Origin: a virus
DNA length: 64,000 nucleotides
IMG/VR virus record: IMGVR_UViG_3300042197_001007
Direction: 5' to 3' (one strand)
Both the position numbers and the translations under genes were made by a program. This document shows positions 23,833 to 32,864 of the stretch, piece by piece; the stretch's first letter is position 1; the number at the start of each line of letters is the position of its first letter. Below the pieces are notes generated by a model, which was given only the letters and a program-made list of their open reading frames with translations, made no database searches and was not told the origin of the DNA.

Positions 23833-24675
23833 TCATGCTGCGGTAACAGTTAAAGTTGCTGCGTTAGAAACAACTTCTTCGGCACCAGCAGATGATGTAA
23901 TTCTGACACGATACTGATAACCGTTTGCTGTTGTTGTAAGACCGGTGAGAGCAAGTGAAGAACTTGTAGCACCAGAAACGTTTGCCCACTTAGCAGTGCT
24001 GCCTGCTTTACGCTGCCATTGATAAACAAGAGATCCAGTGGTAGCAGAAGCAGTAACAGAGAATGTATGAGCAGCAGTAGCAACAGTAGCAACAGTGATT
24101 GTGAGATCATTGGTTGGTGAAGTTCCACCAAGAGCTGTTCCAAGAACTGTAATGGTATCATTAGCAGCAAATCCGGAACCAGCAGCAGTTTGTGTAACTG
24201 TGTAAGTTCCGCCAGCACGAGAAACATTGAATGTTGCTCCAGTTCCAGAACCACTTGTTGTATAAGCAACGTTGGTGTAGGAAGCAGTTCCAGCAGCAGC
24301 AGTTCCAGCAACAGTTCTGGTTAGAATACCACCAGCTGGTGTGTATGTAGTAGCACTTGCTGGTTGTCCAGAGATAGTGATGGCAGATGCTACGTCTGCT
24401 GCGATGGTGTCATCGGACTGAGTTTCGTTAGCATTGGTATCTGGATTAGCAATGGTAACGAGATGCTCTGCTTTATGGCGAGTGTTGCCTTCACAATCAG
24501 TATATGTAAAATACGACCACCAACCAGGAGCGTTAATTCCACGCTCTTTATTTTCTGATAATGCGGCTTCGGTATTATCTACAAATACAATTGTTTTTGC
24601 TTGTGATGACGCAGCAACGCCTCTTTCAGCTTTTGTTTTATTGGTGTTGCTGTCAGTTCTTCCGTACAGAGACAT
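23833..24675 (-). CDS. virion protein with inserted beta module and C-terminal Ig-like domain (280 aa)
   Basis: TATAAATA late promoter at 24716-24709; YQWQ....W.NVSGAT...L.LTGL....NGYQYRV Ig-like signature. Confidence 0.75.
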   Translation of the reverse strand: MSLYGRTDSNTNKTKAERGVAASSQAKTIVFVDNTEAALSENKERGINAPGWWSYFTYTDCEGNTRHKAEHLVTIANPDTNANETQSDDTIAADVASAITISGQPASATTYTPAGGILTRTVAGTAAAGTASYTNVAYTTSGSGTGATFNVSRAGGTYTVTQTAAGSGFAANDTITVLGTALGGTSPTNDLTITVATVATAAHTFSVTASATTGSLVYQWQRKAGSTAKWANVSGATSSSLALTGLTTTANGYQYRVRITSSAGAEEVVSNAATLTVTAA

Positions 24676-24744
24676 CTAATTTCTCCAATGAGATCTATTT
24701 TCTAATTTTATTTATAAAAAAGGGGGATTGGATCCCCCTTCTTA

Positions 24745-24921
24745 TTACTTACAGTTCTTGAGAAGAGCTGTTCTTACAGTGCCAGCAATCAAGTTATCAA
24801 CGTCATTATCGGTTGATGCTGCGTAGCGATCTAAAAGATCACATACAAGTTTTTTTGTGTGGCAAGAGGCAATAGCAGCAAATAAAAGTGGCTTAACAAG
24901 TTCTACGAGTTGACCGAGCAT
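24745..24921 (-). CDS. small protein (58 aa) MLGQLVELVKPLL...TDNDVDNL
   Basis: Hand translation, followed by the GGGGGAT/ATCCCCC hairpin terminator at about 24715-24740. Confidence 0.7.
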   Translation of the reverse strand: MLGQLVELVKPLLFAAIASCHTKKLVCDLLDRYAASTDNDVDNLIAGTVRTALLKNCK

Positions 24922-24956
24922 GATTAGAGACCAAAATCTACAAAATTATTTATGAT

Positions 24957-25355
24957 TTATTTGCCTCTAACACTCATCATGTAATCGGTAGCTGTCTGAA
25001 CATAGTCTGCTGCCATCGTGATTTTCGATTGAACCCACTCAGGTAGATTGTCAGCAGGTTGTAACATATCATGTAATTCCTGAGCATTACGAATAATTCC
25101 TTTCAATTGGGTCTTTGCCATATCTCCTTCATAATCATATTCACCCCTGTCATAATTTTCTTTCTTGATATCTGGGTGAGGAGAATAAAGTGGTCCTTTG
25201 TAGTTGCCAGCAAATCCTTCGTTTGTAGCTCTGGTGGTCATACCCTTCTGACCATCGTTGATTGTTGGCATCACTTCAACGGTTGCTTTCTTTTTACCTT
25301 TGCTTTCTTTCTTTTCGCAACCGCACTCTTCACAGAATTTCTTAAAGGATTTCAT
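24957..25355 (-). CDS. hypothetical protein with EGDMAKTQL..LPEWVQSKIT domain (132 aa)
   Basis: ORF in late block, motif common in T4-like head-region proteins. Confidence 0.7.
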   Translation of the reverse strand: MKSFKKFCEECGCEKKESKGKKKATVEVMPTINDGQKGMTTRATNEGFAGNYKGPLYSPHPDIKKENYDRGEYDYEGDMAKTQLKGIIRNAQELHDMLQPADNLPEWVQSKITMAADYVQTATDYMMSVRGK

Positions 25356-26065
25356 GACTTCTTCATTGCCATAATTTTACTAATCTTCTTGCGACGAGCA
25401 GCAAGATACTTATCTGACTTATCCTTGTCACCGTCGTTATCAATATCTCCATCTTCCTTGCCGACAGGATCCATACCTTCTTTCTTCATCTTGTTCTTAT
25501 GCTTCCAAGCAGTAGCATAAGCAATTGACTTTTCTTTATCAGTCAATTCACCATCCTTAGAATATGACTTCTTGATGTGCTTGACCATACGCTCTGACTT
25601 AGCACCAGGAGGAGCAACTTCAGCAAGATCTTCTCCACCTTCTGGTTCAAAACCAGCCTTGACACAATCATTAACTTCTTTGCCACCCTTTACTTTGGTG
25701 CCAACTTTCTTGTAACCTTTCCAGCAAGTTTTGAAACCGTTGTCATCTTTACCGTCCATCTTGACTTTCTCAATGACATAGACTTCACCATCAATCTCAT
25801 ACTCTTCTCTTTCAAGAACTTCGTACTCTTCTTTGGTTGCTAACTGTGCCTTTGGACTTTCTTTCTTAGCAGTCTTTTTCTTGGTAGTGGTGCTCTCAAT
25901 CTCTGCTCCATGTGACTGAGGATCCATGCCATCAAATGGTGCTTCACTGATTGTATTTGGAGTTTGGAAACCGTCACCCTCCATCCAACGACCAAATGCT
26001 TCCATCAATCCGGAAGAAAACTCATCATTATTTTGAACTGTATTAACTGGCTTCTGATACTTCAT
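25352..26065 (-). CDS. charged hypothetical protein with CWKGY and DGDIDNDGD motifs (237 aa)
   Basis: ORF coupled to neighbours. Confidence 0.7.
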   Translation of the reverse strand: MKYQKPVNTVQNNDEFSSGLMEAFGRWMEGDGFQTPNTISEAPFDGMDPQSHGAEIESTTTKKKTAKKESPKAQLATKEEYEVLEREEYEIDGEVYVIEKVKMDGKDDNGFKTCWKGYKKVGTKVKGGKEVNDCVKAGFEPEGGEDLAEVAPPGAKSERMVKHIKKSYSKDGELTDKEKSIAYATAWKHKNKMKKEGMDPVGKEDGDIDNDGDKDKSDKYLAARRKKISKIMAMKKS

Positions 26066-26297
26066 TGTTGTAGTGAAAGGTTCTCTTTTGATTATTTATA
26101 GATCTTACATTCCTAATCCACTCACGGAACATTTCACCATCTTCTGTAATGATGATCGCATAATTTCCACCAACTCTATGAATTATTCCCTTCTCTCCGT
26201 TGCGTGAAGACATAACAACATCACCTTCCTTAAAAACTTCCTGCTGCCTTTGTTGTTGGCGCAGTGCTTCTTCTCGTAGTTTTTTAAAATCCTTCAT
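26043..26297 (-). CDS. small SH3/KOW-like hypothetical protein (84 aa)
   Basis: FKEGDVV...G.KGII.RVG.NY pattern. Confidence 0.65.
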   Translation of the reverse strand: MKDFKKLREEALRQQQRQQEVFKEGDVVMSSRNGEKGIIHRVGGNYAIIITEDGEMFREWIRNVRSINNQKRTFHYNNEVSEAS

Positions 26298-26848
26298 TTA
26301 ATCCCCAATCCTTCCCTAACTTCTTTCATTAAATTCATCATTTCTTTGTCGTCTAAAGTAGATGGTATACCTTGTCTAAACACAGCAACATTTGCGTTTG
26401 TTGCTGCCTCTCTCATTTTGCTAGCTGACATTCCAGTTGCTCCATCAGCATCAGGATCTCGTTCGCCAGCAGATTTTGTTTCAAGAGATCTAAATGTATA
26501 CTCAGTTCCGTTATAACGTTGAATCAAAGTGTCCATTTCTGCTACACGATCACTACCAACAACAAGAGTAAGATCTGAGTATTCACCTTGTAGACTTTGA
26601 AGAACTTTAATAATCGTCTTCAAGTCCGTATCTAACATAATATGATCCTTGTGTGTTGGAAACATTTTTTTCATGTATCCCACTTTTTGAGCAGAAGTTA
26701 AAGGATTTTTTTTCTTATCTTGAGTGTGACTGGTATAGATTTTATAGTCATCGGTTCCAGCAATCCTCGCCACGGCATTGATCAATTTTTCATGACCAAT
26801 CGTGGGAGGATTGAAGCGACCGAAAGTAATGACTACTCTCTTAAACAT
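26294..26848 (-). CDS. cytidyltransferase-like nucleotidyltransferase (HxGH family)
   Basis: FGRFNPPTIGH, VGSDR, MSASKMR motifs. Confidence 0.88.
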   Translation of the reverse strand: MFKRVVITFGRFNPPTIGHEKLINAVARIAGTDDYKIYTSHTQDKKKNPLTSAQKVGYMKKMFPTHKDHIMLDTDLKTIIKVLQSLQGEYSDLTLVVGSDRVAEMDTLIQRYNGTEYTFRSLETKSAGERDPDADGATGMSASKMREAATNANVAVFRQGIPSTLDDKEMMNLMKEVREGLGIK

Positions 26849-26860
26849 TTTTATTAGTAT

Positions 26861-28072
26861 TTAGTTTCCTTTCACCCAGTTCTTTTGGAGAGTAAAGTTT
26901 GCCTGACTGAATTCAAGGCGGTCAACTAACTTGGTAGCAGAACCATCCTTGATAGCTACAAATCCTTCTGGAGCAGTAACTTTAAATCCATCATCAGTGC
27001 GAAGGAACGTGCGAGTGCTGTCAGCAGATTCCAATTTCTTCACAAAGAGATTTTTGGCATTCTGAAGAATGACGTAGAGAGTAATCGTTGCCTTGAAACC
27101 AGCGATGTTAGATTCCACGAACTCGATACCATCATAGAGTTTCTTCAATTTAGCAGCCTTGGTTTTCTCCTGCTTCACTTTGTTAACTTCCTTCATCATC
27201 GTTTCATGATAAGCATTCTTAAAGTCATTGATAAATTTGTTGACATTATTGATACGTTTGCCTTCTCTTACATAGGTATTGAAGTAAGTTTTCAAACGAG
27301 TGCCAACGCTAAAGTTATCGTTGGAATTAATTTGGGCAGATACTTCATCCAAGAAAGAACCGGCACTGCGAAGAGCAACAGGAGCAGTTCTCTTCATATT
27401 CTGAAGAGTTTTACGCTCGTTAACAGTCAAGATCATATTGCTGCCTAAAGTATCAACCTCAGCACTAATTACAAATACATCATCACTATTGGTAAAAGTA
27501 TTTACATCGACCCCAAACGTCGCGTAAGAACTGGCAATACTTCCACCAACATAACGAGTATGAAATACAACACCAATCTTAGATCGCTTTGCTTTATTGT
27601 ATGCCGAAGTTTCTTTGGGTATGGCATATGTAATAGTGTTAGGAGTAAAGGTAAGATAATCTACTCCGTCTATCTTCTCTACTTTAGCATCGTCAGTAAA
27701 AAGTAAATCTCCTTGAATAATACCTCTGATATTAAGTTTAGGAAAATACTTTAGAGCAACTTTAAGTTTTTCAACAAGACCAGGAGAATTACCATGATTT
27801 TTTTCAATATCATCATTGGTATAATTTATCTTAGGTTCTGTCTTATTAAAAACAGATTTAGTACCAACAAAAAATTTTTTGTTTTCCGGATCAATGCCGC
27901 AAATTATAGCAGGAGCTCCATCCCACTTCGTCGTGATTTTAAAGTTACTGGTTTGAGTGCCACTAAAAGTTTTGGTGAGGGCGTCAAGAAAAGCAAACGC
28001 ATCCTTAGCACCTTCCTTTCCATCAAAAAGGATACTGTCTTCTAAGTGTTCTAAGTGCGTGTTCTTGCTCAT
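26861..28072 (-). CDS. conserved protein with ligase-type nucleotidyltransferase motifs (403 aa)
   Basis: TKWDG (motif I-like), QGDLLF (III-like), PEGFV (IV-like), KLVDR (V-like). Confidence 0.65.
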   Translation of the reverse strand: MSKNTHLEHLEDSILFDGKEGAKDAFAFLDALTKTFSGTQTSNFKITTKWDGAPAIICGIDPENKKFFVGTKSVFNKTEPKINYTNDDIEKNHGNSPGLVEKLKVALKYFPKLNIRGIIQGDLLFTDDAKVEKIDGVDYLTFTPNTITYAIPKETSAYNKAKRSKIGVVFHTRYVGGSIASSYATFGVDVNTFTNSDDVFVISAEVDTLGSNMILTVNERKTLQNMKRTAPVALRSAGSFLDEVSAQINSNDNFSVGTRLKTYFNTYVREGKRINNVNKFINDFKNAYHETMMKEVNKVKQEKTKAAKLKKLYDGIEFVESNIAGFKATITLYVILQNAKNLFVKKLESADSTRTFLRTDDGFKVTAPEGFVAIKDGSATKLVDRLEFSQANFTLQKNWVKGN

Positions 28073-29352
28073 GCTGGGTTCATTTGATAGTTTCCGTTGC
28101 GATCTTTTGATACGATGAATTTAGCGGAGCGGCTCGCTCTCGGTTGAACCACCACTCTAGCACCTTGGATGCCATACTGTCTTCTGTCGCCTTTGTTAAT
28201 AAGCATTAATACTGGTTCATAATCGCCAGTCATAGGAGTTGGGTTCATAACCAAATGAGCGGACATTTCTAATTTATATTTACTTCCTATTTTTCTTAAT
28301 GATGGTGTTCCTTGTAAAACCCCAGTACAATTAGATATTCCATATGTAGAAGTTCCAAAATTTTTCCCATAAACAGATTCCATTTTTAAAGCATTATCTT
28401 GAATTTCCATCATCGCAGTAAAACCCTTTCCACTAGATTGTTGAAAATCATACTGCATTCCAGAACCGCAAAAATAAGAAAGATATTTTGCGAAAGATCT
28501 AATTTCCGGAAATTTATCCAACGTTTCATCTGCGCCATCCTTATCATTTGCGTAATGACTAACGCCACCCCATTGTTGAAAATGGCTTGCGCGTGATCCT
28601 TGCTTATGAGAAAACCAAGCAACATCTACAAGTTTTCTATTTTCTAAAGCAACAAAAGCAAGATCCGCTTTAACGTTTCCTTCAACTTTATTAACTCCAA
28701 CAATATTAGAAAAAGTTTTATTTCCTATTTGTAAATCTATCATAGGAACACCAAGATCATCAAGTGCTTTATTAAAGGTGTTTATAAAATCTGCTTCTCC
28801 CTGTTCAGTCGCTGATGGGTTATTCAATGAATACGAAGAGTCAATTGTATTCACATAAAATTCTAGTTTACCCCAATATATTCCAGGTTTACTTCCACCA
28901 GAAACTTTTCCCCCAAAACCAACATCTATTCCCATTCCATTATCTTTTAAAATTTTTCCACTATTAACAGAACTAGCAGTTGATTTTGTTGTTGTTGTGT
29001 AAAAGTTTACACGAAAAGGAGCTTTAGCTAGATCATATGGATTATTTTTAATTAACTCTTCTATTTTTTTTAATATACCATTTTTTCCAGAATAAAAATT
29101 TTCAAATGAAGTGAACCTTTTTGGTTCAAATTCTATAAACTCTTTACTTTGTTTCCACCTGCCATTTACTTTTTCTGGTATACTAATACCAACCATTTTG
29201 AAATAAACTTCAACACCGCTATCTTCAGACAATCTATTTCTATCTAACAAAATAAATGGTCTATTATTTTTAATTCTATTGTATATGACCTCAAAACACT
29301 GTTTGTATCTTTTGGTAATTTCTCCCCAAGTTAATCCTTTGCCGCCAGCCAT
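28069..29352 (-). CDS. putative PD-(D/E)XK endonuclease (427 aa), AT-rich
   Basis: KADLA...WFSHKQG...FQQWGG nuclease-like core; visibly more AT-rich than its neighbours. Confidence 0.55.
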   Translation of the reverse strand: MAGGKGLTWGEITKRYKQCFEVIYNRIKNNRPFILLDRNRLSEDSGVEVYFKMVGISIPEKVNGRWKQSKEFIEFEPKRFTSFENFYSGKNGILKKIEELIKNNPYDLAKAPFRVNFYTTTTKSTASSVNSGKILKDNGMGIDVGFGGKVSGGSKPGIYWGKLEFYVNTIDSSYSLNNPSATEQGEADFINTFNKALDDLGVPMIDLQIGNKTFSNIVGVNKVEGNVKADLAFVALENRKLVDVAWFSHKQGSRASHFQQWGGVSHYANDKDGADETLDKFPEIRSFAKYLSYFCGSGMQYDFQQSSGKGFTAMMEIQDNALKMESVYGKNFGTSTYGISNCTGVLQGTPSLRKIGSKYKLEMSAHLVMNPTPMTGDYEPVLMLINKGDRRQYGIQGARVVVQPRASRSAKFIVSKDRNGNYQMNPA

Positions 29353-29360
29353 ATAAAAAT

Positions 29361-29388
29361 ACCTCCCTGCTAGTATTTAGAGGGAGGT
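29361..29388 (-). promoter_or_regulatory. SD-sequestering hairpin with a late promoter in the loop
   Basis: ACCTCCCT-CTAAATACTAGC-AGGGAGGT, 8 nt before the ATG. Confidence 0.7.
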
Positions 29389-29394
29389 TTATAA

Positions 29395-29799
29395 TTACAG
29401 ATCGTCCTCTGCTCGGTTTTCACTGTAGTAGATATCAAACTGACCACCAGGATATCGCTTCTCCAGCTTCTCTACATTACGAGCAAGAACTTCATCAAAG
29501 GAAATATCAAGAGCAAGAGTTGCCTGAGCAACATACCACATAATATCACCCAACTCAATAATCAGATGCTCTCTGTTATCATCATTCCAGGGTTTACCTT
29601 GAAAGATCATCTTCTTAATAATCTCAAGAAACTCACCACCTTCAGCATTAATACCAACACCAGCAGTCAACAGGCGTTCAATATTGGCTCCTTGTCGATC
29701 AAGTTCCACAATGCGATCGGCAAAATCAACAAAGTTTGTTGAGGCATCCGAGGTGACGGCAGCAACAAATTCTTTGTAACGATTAAAATCAATAGTCAT
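29395..29799 (-). CDS. mazG: MazG-like nucleotide pyrophosphohydrolase
   Basis: AEGGEFLEIIKK...ELGDIMWYVAQ...NVEKLEKRYP. Confidence 0.92.
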   Translation of the reverse strand: MTIDFNRYKEFVAAVTSDASTNFVDFADRIVELDRQGANIERLLTAGVGINAEGGEFLEIIKKMIFQGKPWNDDNREHLIIELGDIMWYVAQATLALDISFDEVLARNVEKLEKRYPGGQFDIYYSENRAEDDL

Positions 29800-31178
29800 A
29801 CATTCCACTCAGCAAATTTAGATAAACGGTTTTGTGTTTGGGCAAATTGAGAAAACTCTTCGCCGGGGTCTTCACTATCAATGCTGATAGCGGAAGCATC
29901 ATCTGCTACATCATACAGCTTCATCTTCGCTCTGTCAATTCCCACCATGAATTTTCGTGAGGAAGTTGGGTCATTGTATCGGTTTTTAAGTTGTTTGACC
30001 ATGAGGCGACCTTGTTGTTCAAGTTCCTCAGTAGAGATAAGGGCAAACATAAAGTCAGCAGTGGCAGGAAGACCAAAAGACTCAGAAGTATCGGTAAGGT
30101 CAGGGTCAGAATTACCGTAACCACTACGAGTAGTTTGAGTAGCAGAGACAATTGGTACATTATTCTCCACAGCAAGACCGCGAAGCTCTTCAGCAATCGC
30201 TTTGACATACGTGTAAGAATTAACAATCGCACCCTTATACCTCGCGCTCGCGCAGATGTTAAGATAATCTATGAATATTATATCAGGTTTGAAACTTTTT
30301 TTCAAGGACAAATCTGAAAGTAATGCCTTAAAATGACCAGCATGGGCAGATGCCGTTGGATATTCTTTGATAATAATTTTACCTCTGGTCTTTCTGGCAA
30401 TCTCCTGAACTTTTGAAGTGAAAAGAACTTGAGGAAGTTCAGCAAGATCTTTAACATTGACATTCAGTAGGTTCGCGTCAATTCGCTCAGCAATTTTCTC
30501 CTCTGCCATTTCACATGTAATGTAGAGTACGTTACGCCCCTGTGTGAGGGCGGCAGCAGCCATATGGCACATGAATAGACTTTTCCCGACACCCGTACCA
30601 GCAAGAGCGATGTTGAGAGTTTTATTAGGGAGACCACCTTTGGTAATAAAGTTAAACTTCTCAAGATCAAACGGGATCTTTTCTTCAACACGGTGGTAGA
30701 AATCATAACGGTCTTCTGCTTGTTCAATGTAATCGTGTCCTATGTGTTCGTCAAACGATACTGCCAGGGCCTCTTGTAAGATACTGGGGATCGCATCCTT
30801 TGATAATTTTTTATCACCTCCATCTGCGATCTTGATAGACTGCATGAGAGCGAGGTAGATAGCTCTGTCTTGGCACCATTTTTCTGTGGCATCAAGGAGC
30901 CATCCGTAGTCAACCCATTCGTCTCCAAGGGACTTGAGGGTAGATAACGAACTCTGAAATGTATCTTCTGTAAGATCGTTTCTGGACTGTAGGTTGATTG
31001 AGAGAACTTCTTGAGTAGGTACTTTGTCATACTTACTGGCGAAGTCAGCAACCTCTTCAAATAAGATGCGTTCATGGTATTCGTTGAAATAGTCTGCTTT
31101 TAGAAATGGAACTACCTTGCGGTAATACTCCTCATTGAAGAGAAGATTACGCAAGATAGTTTCTTCAATACGTTCCAT
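29796..31178 (-). CDS. gp41: replicative DNA helicase
   Basis: AGTGVGKS Walker A, IFIDYLN, SATQTTR, DTSESFGLPATAD. Confidence 0.96.
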   Translation of the reverse strand: MERIEETILRNLLFNEEYYRKVVPFLKADYFNEYHERILFEEVADFASKYDKVPTQEVLSINLQSRNDLTEDTFQSSLSTLKSLGDEWVDYGWLLDATEKWCQDRAIYLALMQSIKIADGGDKKLSKDAIPSILQEALAVSFDEHIGHDYIEQAEDRYDFYHRVEEKIPFDLEKFNFITKGGLPNKTLNIALAGTGVGKSLFMCHMAAAALTQGRNVLYITCEMAEEKIAERIDANLLNVNVKDLAELPQVLFTSKVQEIARKTRGKIIIKEYPTASAHAGHFKALLSDLSLKKSFKPDIIFIDYLNICASARYKGAIVNSYTYVKAIAEELRGLAVENNVPIVSATQTTRSGYGNSDPDLTDTSESFGLPATADFMFALISTEELEQQGRLMVKQLKNRYNDPTSSRKFMVGIDRAKMKLYDVADDASAISIDSEDPGEEFSQFAQTQNRLSKFAEWNV

Positions 31179-31182
31179 TTTA

Positions 31183-31692
31183 TTATACTAATAATTGATT
31201 TGTCATCGGATAATAGTTTAGATTTATGACGCATCTATACTTTTCATCTGTACATGTTGTTCCAGAATGCTTTAAGTTACTGGGAAATATTACTATTCTA
31301 TTGAATTTACTATTTACAATATCACCATTTTCAAAATATGTGTATCCATTATTTGTGTTAATGTAATATATCGCTGTCAAAGCATTCGGAAAAGTATGAT
31401 CTGTATGTAAATGATTTTTTTCTATATTTTTTGTTTTTGATTGAAAGTTAGATTTAATTTTTATAAGAGATGCTATTGATAAATTTTTTATAAAACCAAT
31501 ATTAACTAAGTATTCATAAAATGGTGATACAGGTTGTCCCTCTTTATAAAAGAAATGAATAAATTGGTATCTATCATCGCATTGAGATGATACTATATTA
31601 TTACAAAAAAACCACGGAAACTTAGACGATAAAATCGTATTTTGTAAATCTAATGCCAATCGCTCATCTAAAAAATTATCAAGTATTTTCAT
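31183..31692 (-). CDS. 2OG-Fe(II) oxygenase, AT-rich
   Basis: HTD...NGYT.F....V.SK.NR.V.F.S...H.G....RCVIN.NY jelly-roll signature. Confidence 0.85.
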   Translation of the reverse strand: MKILDNFLDERLALDLQNTILSSKFPWFFCNNIVSSQCDDRYQFIHFFYKEGQPVSPFYEYLVNIGFIKNLSIASLIKIKSNFQSKTKNIEKNHLHTDHTFPNALTAIYYINTNNGYTYFENGDIVNSKFNRIVIFPSNLKHSGTTCTDEKYRCVINLNYYPMTNQLLV

Positions 31693-32706
31693 TTATGATC
31701 CATAACCAAATTCTTTCCTTGCTGCTTCTTCTAATTGTGCCATCACTTCTTCCGTGAAATATTTCTCGGGATCGGCAAGAATAACAGAAGGATAAACAGA
31801 GGATTCACCAACAACGATACGATTTCCTTTACGAGTGAATACTCCGTGCTCCTCACCCAGTTCCAATAGTCCGTAATAGCGATCCAATCCACGCTCGTCA
31901 AAGAAAAGTCTTGTGGCAATTTTACTACCCTCCTTGGTTAGTCGTGACTTCTTAGCTTCACACTTAATAATGTTCCCCACCACTTCTGTGCCGTCCTTCT
32001 CTTTCGACTTGGACAAATATATGATAGTCGATGCTGCGTACTTTAGTCCAGTACCACCACCCATTTCTTTTTGTGGCACATACGATCCGATCACATCATA
32101 AGTATGGTTGGTCACGATCATGGGAACATTTGCTTGCCCAAGTTTTAGGGTCAGCACACGGAAAGCACCTTTGATTAGTTGTGATTTAGTCATGTCACGA
32201 ACTTGCTTGTCGTTGGCAACATCTTCCATCTCTTTGGTGGTAGAAAGCATACCAAGACTATCCAGGACAAACATCAACGGTTGACGTTCATCTTTTGGTT
32301 CTTTGAGGTACTTGTCAAGAATACGAACTGCTTGTGTTCTAAACTCTTCAATTGTTCCGACAGGAAAGATTACCATACGCTTACTATCAATCCCACGACT
32401 TTCAATCATATCGCGGGAAATAGCAGACTCACTTTCAAAGTAAATGACGCCACCATCAGGGTTAGCATTAAGAAAACTGCGAACGAGAGACAAAGCAAAA
32501 AATGTTTTTCCAGTGCTTGTTTCCCCAGCCAGTGCGGTGACTTTGTTAGATGGGATCCCACCAAAGATAGATCCACTAACCAGTGCGTTAAAAATGAAAG
32601 AACCCGTATCAACAAAAGTAGTAATGTCACCAGCGGCAACACCATCACTAACCAGAGCAGCATACTCATTGCCACTGTCTTTAATAACTGAATCTAAAAA
32701 TCCCAT
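31693..32706 (-). CDS. uvsX: RecA-like recombinase
   Basis: [28 protein letters not shown]. Confidence 0.96.
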   Translation of the reverse strand: MGFLDSVIKDSGNEYAALVSDGVAAGDITTFVDTGSFIFNALVSGSIFGGIPSNKVTALAGETSTGKTFFALSLVRSFLNANPDGGVIYFESESAISRDMIESRGIDSKRMVIFPVGTIEEFRTQAVRILDKYLKEPKDERQPLMFVLDSLGMLSTTKEMEDVANDKQVRDMTKSQLIKGAFRVLTLKLGQANVPMIVTNHTYDVIGSYVPQKEMGGGTGLKYAASTIIYLSKSKEKDGTEVVGNIIKCEAKKSRLTKEGSKIATRLFFDERGLDRYYGLLELGEEHGVFTRKGNRIVVGESSVYPSVILADPEKYFTEEVMAQLEEAARKEFGYGS

Positions 32707-32864
32707 TGTTTTGCCTCATCTTCGTACATATTAACATAAGAATAGTTGTTGCTCATCATTTTAGCAAATGCTCTGGCAGTTTCATACTCCTCAAAGCACT
32801 TGATGCTATCTGGACCAATCTGCCCAACAACATGATTGGTCCAACTCACAACCCAGACATTCAT
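32694..32864 (-). CDS. small hypothetical protein (56 aa) [14 protein letters not shown]...
   Basis: Hand translation; ATGA coupling to the gp43 stop. Confidence 0.65.
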   Translation of the reverse strand: MNVWVVSWTNHVVGQIGPDSIKCFEEYETARAFAKMMSNNYSYVNMYEDEAKQWDF

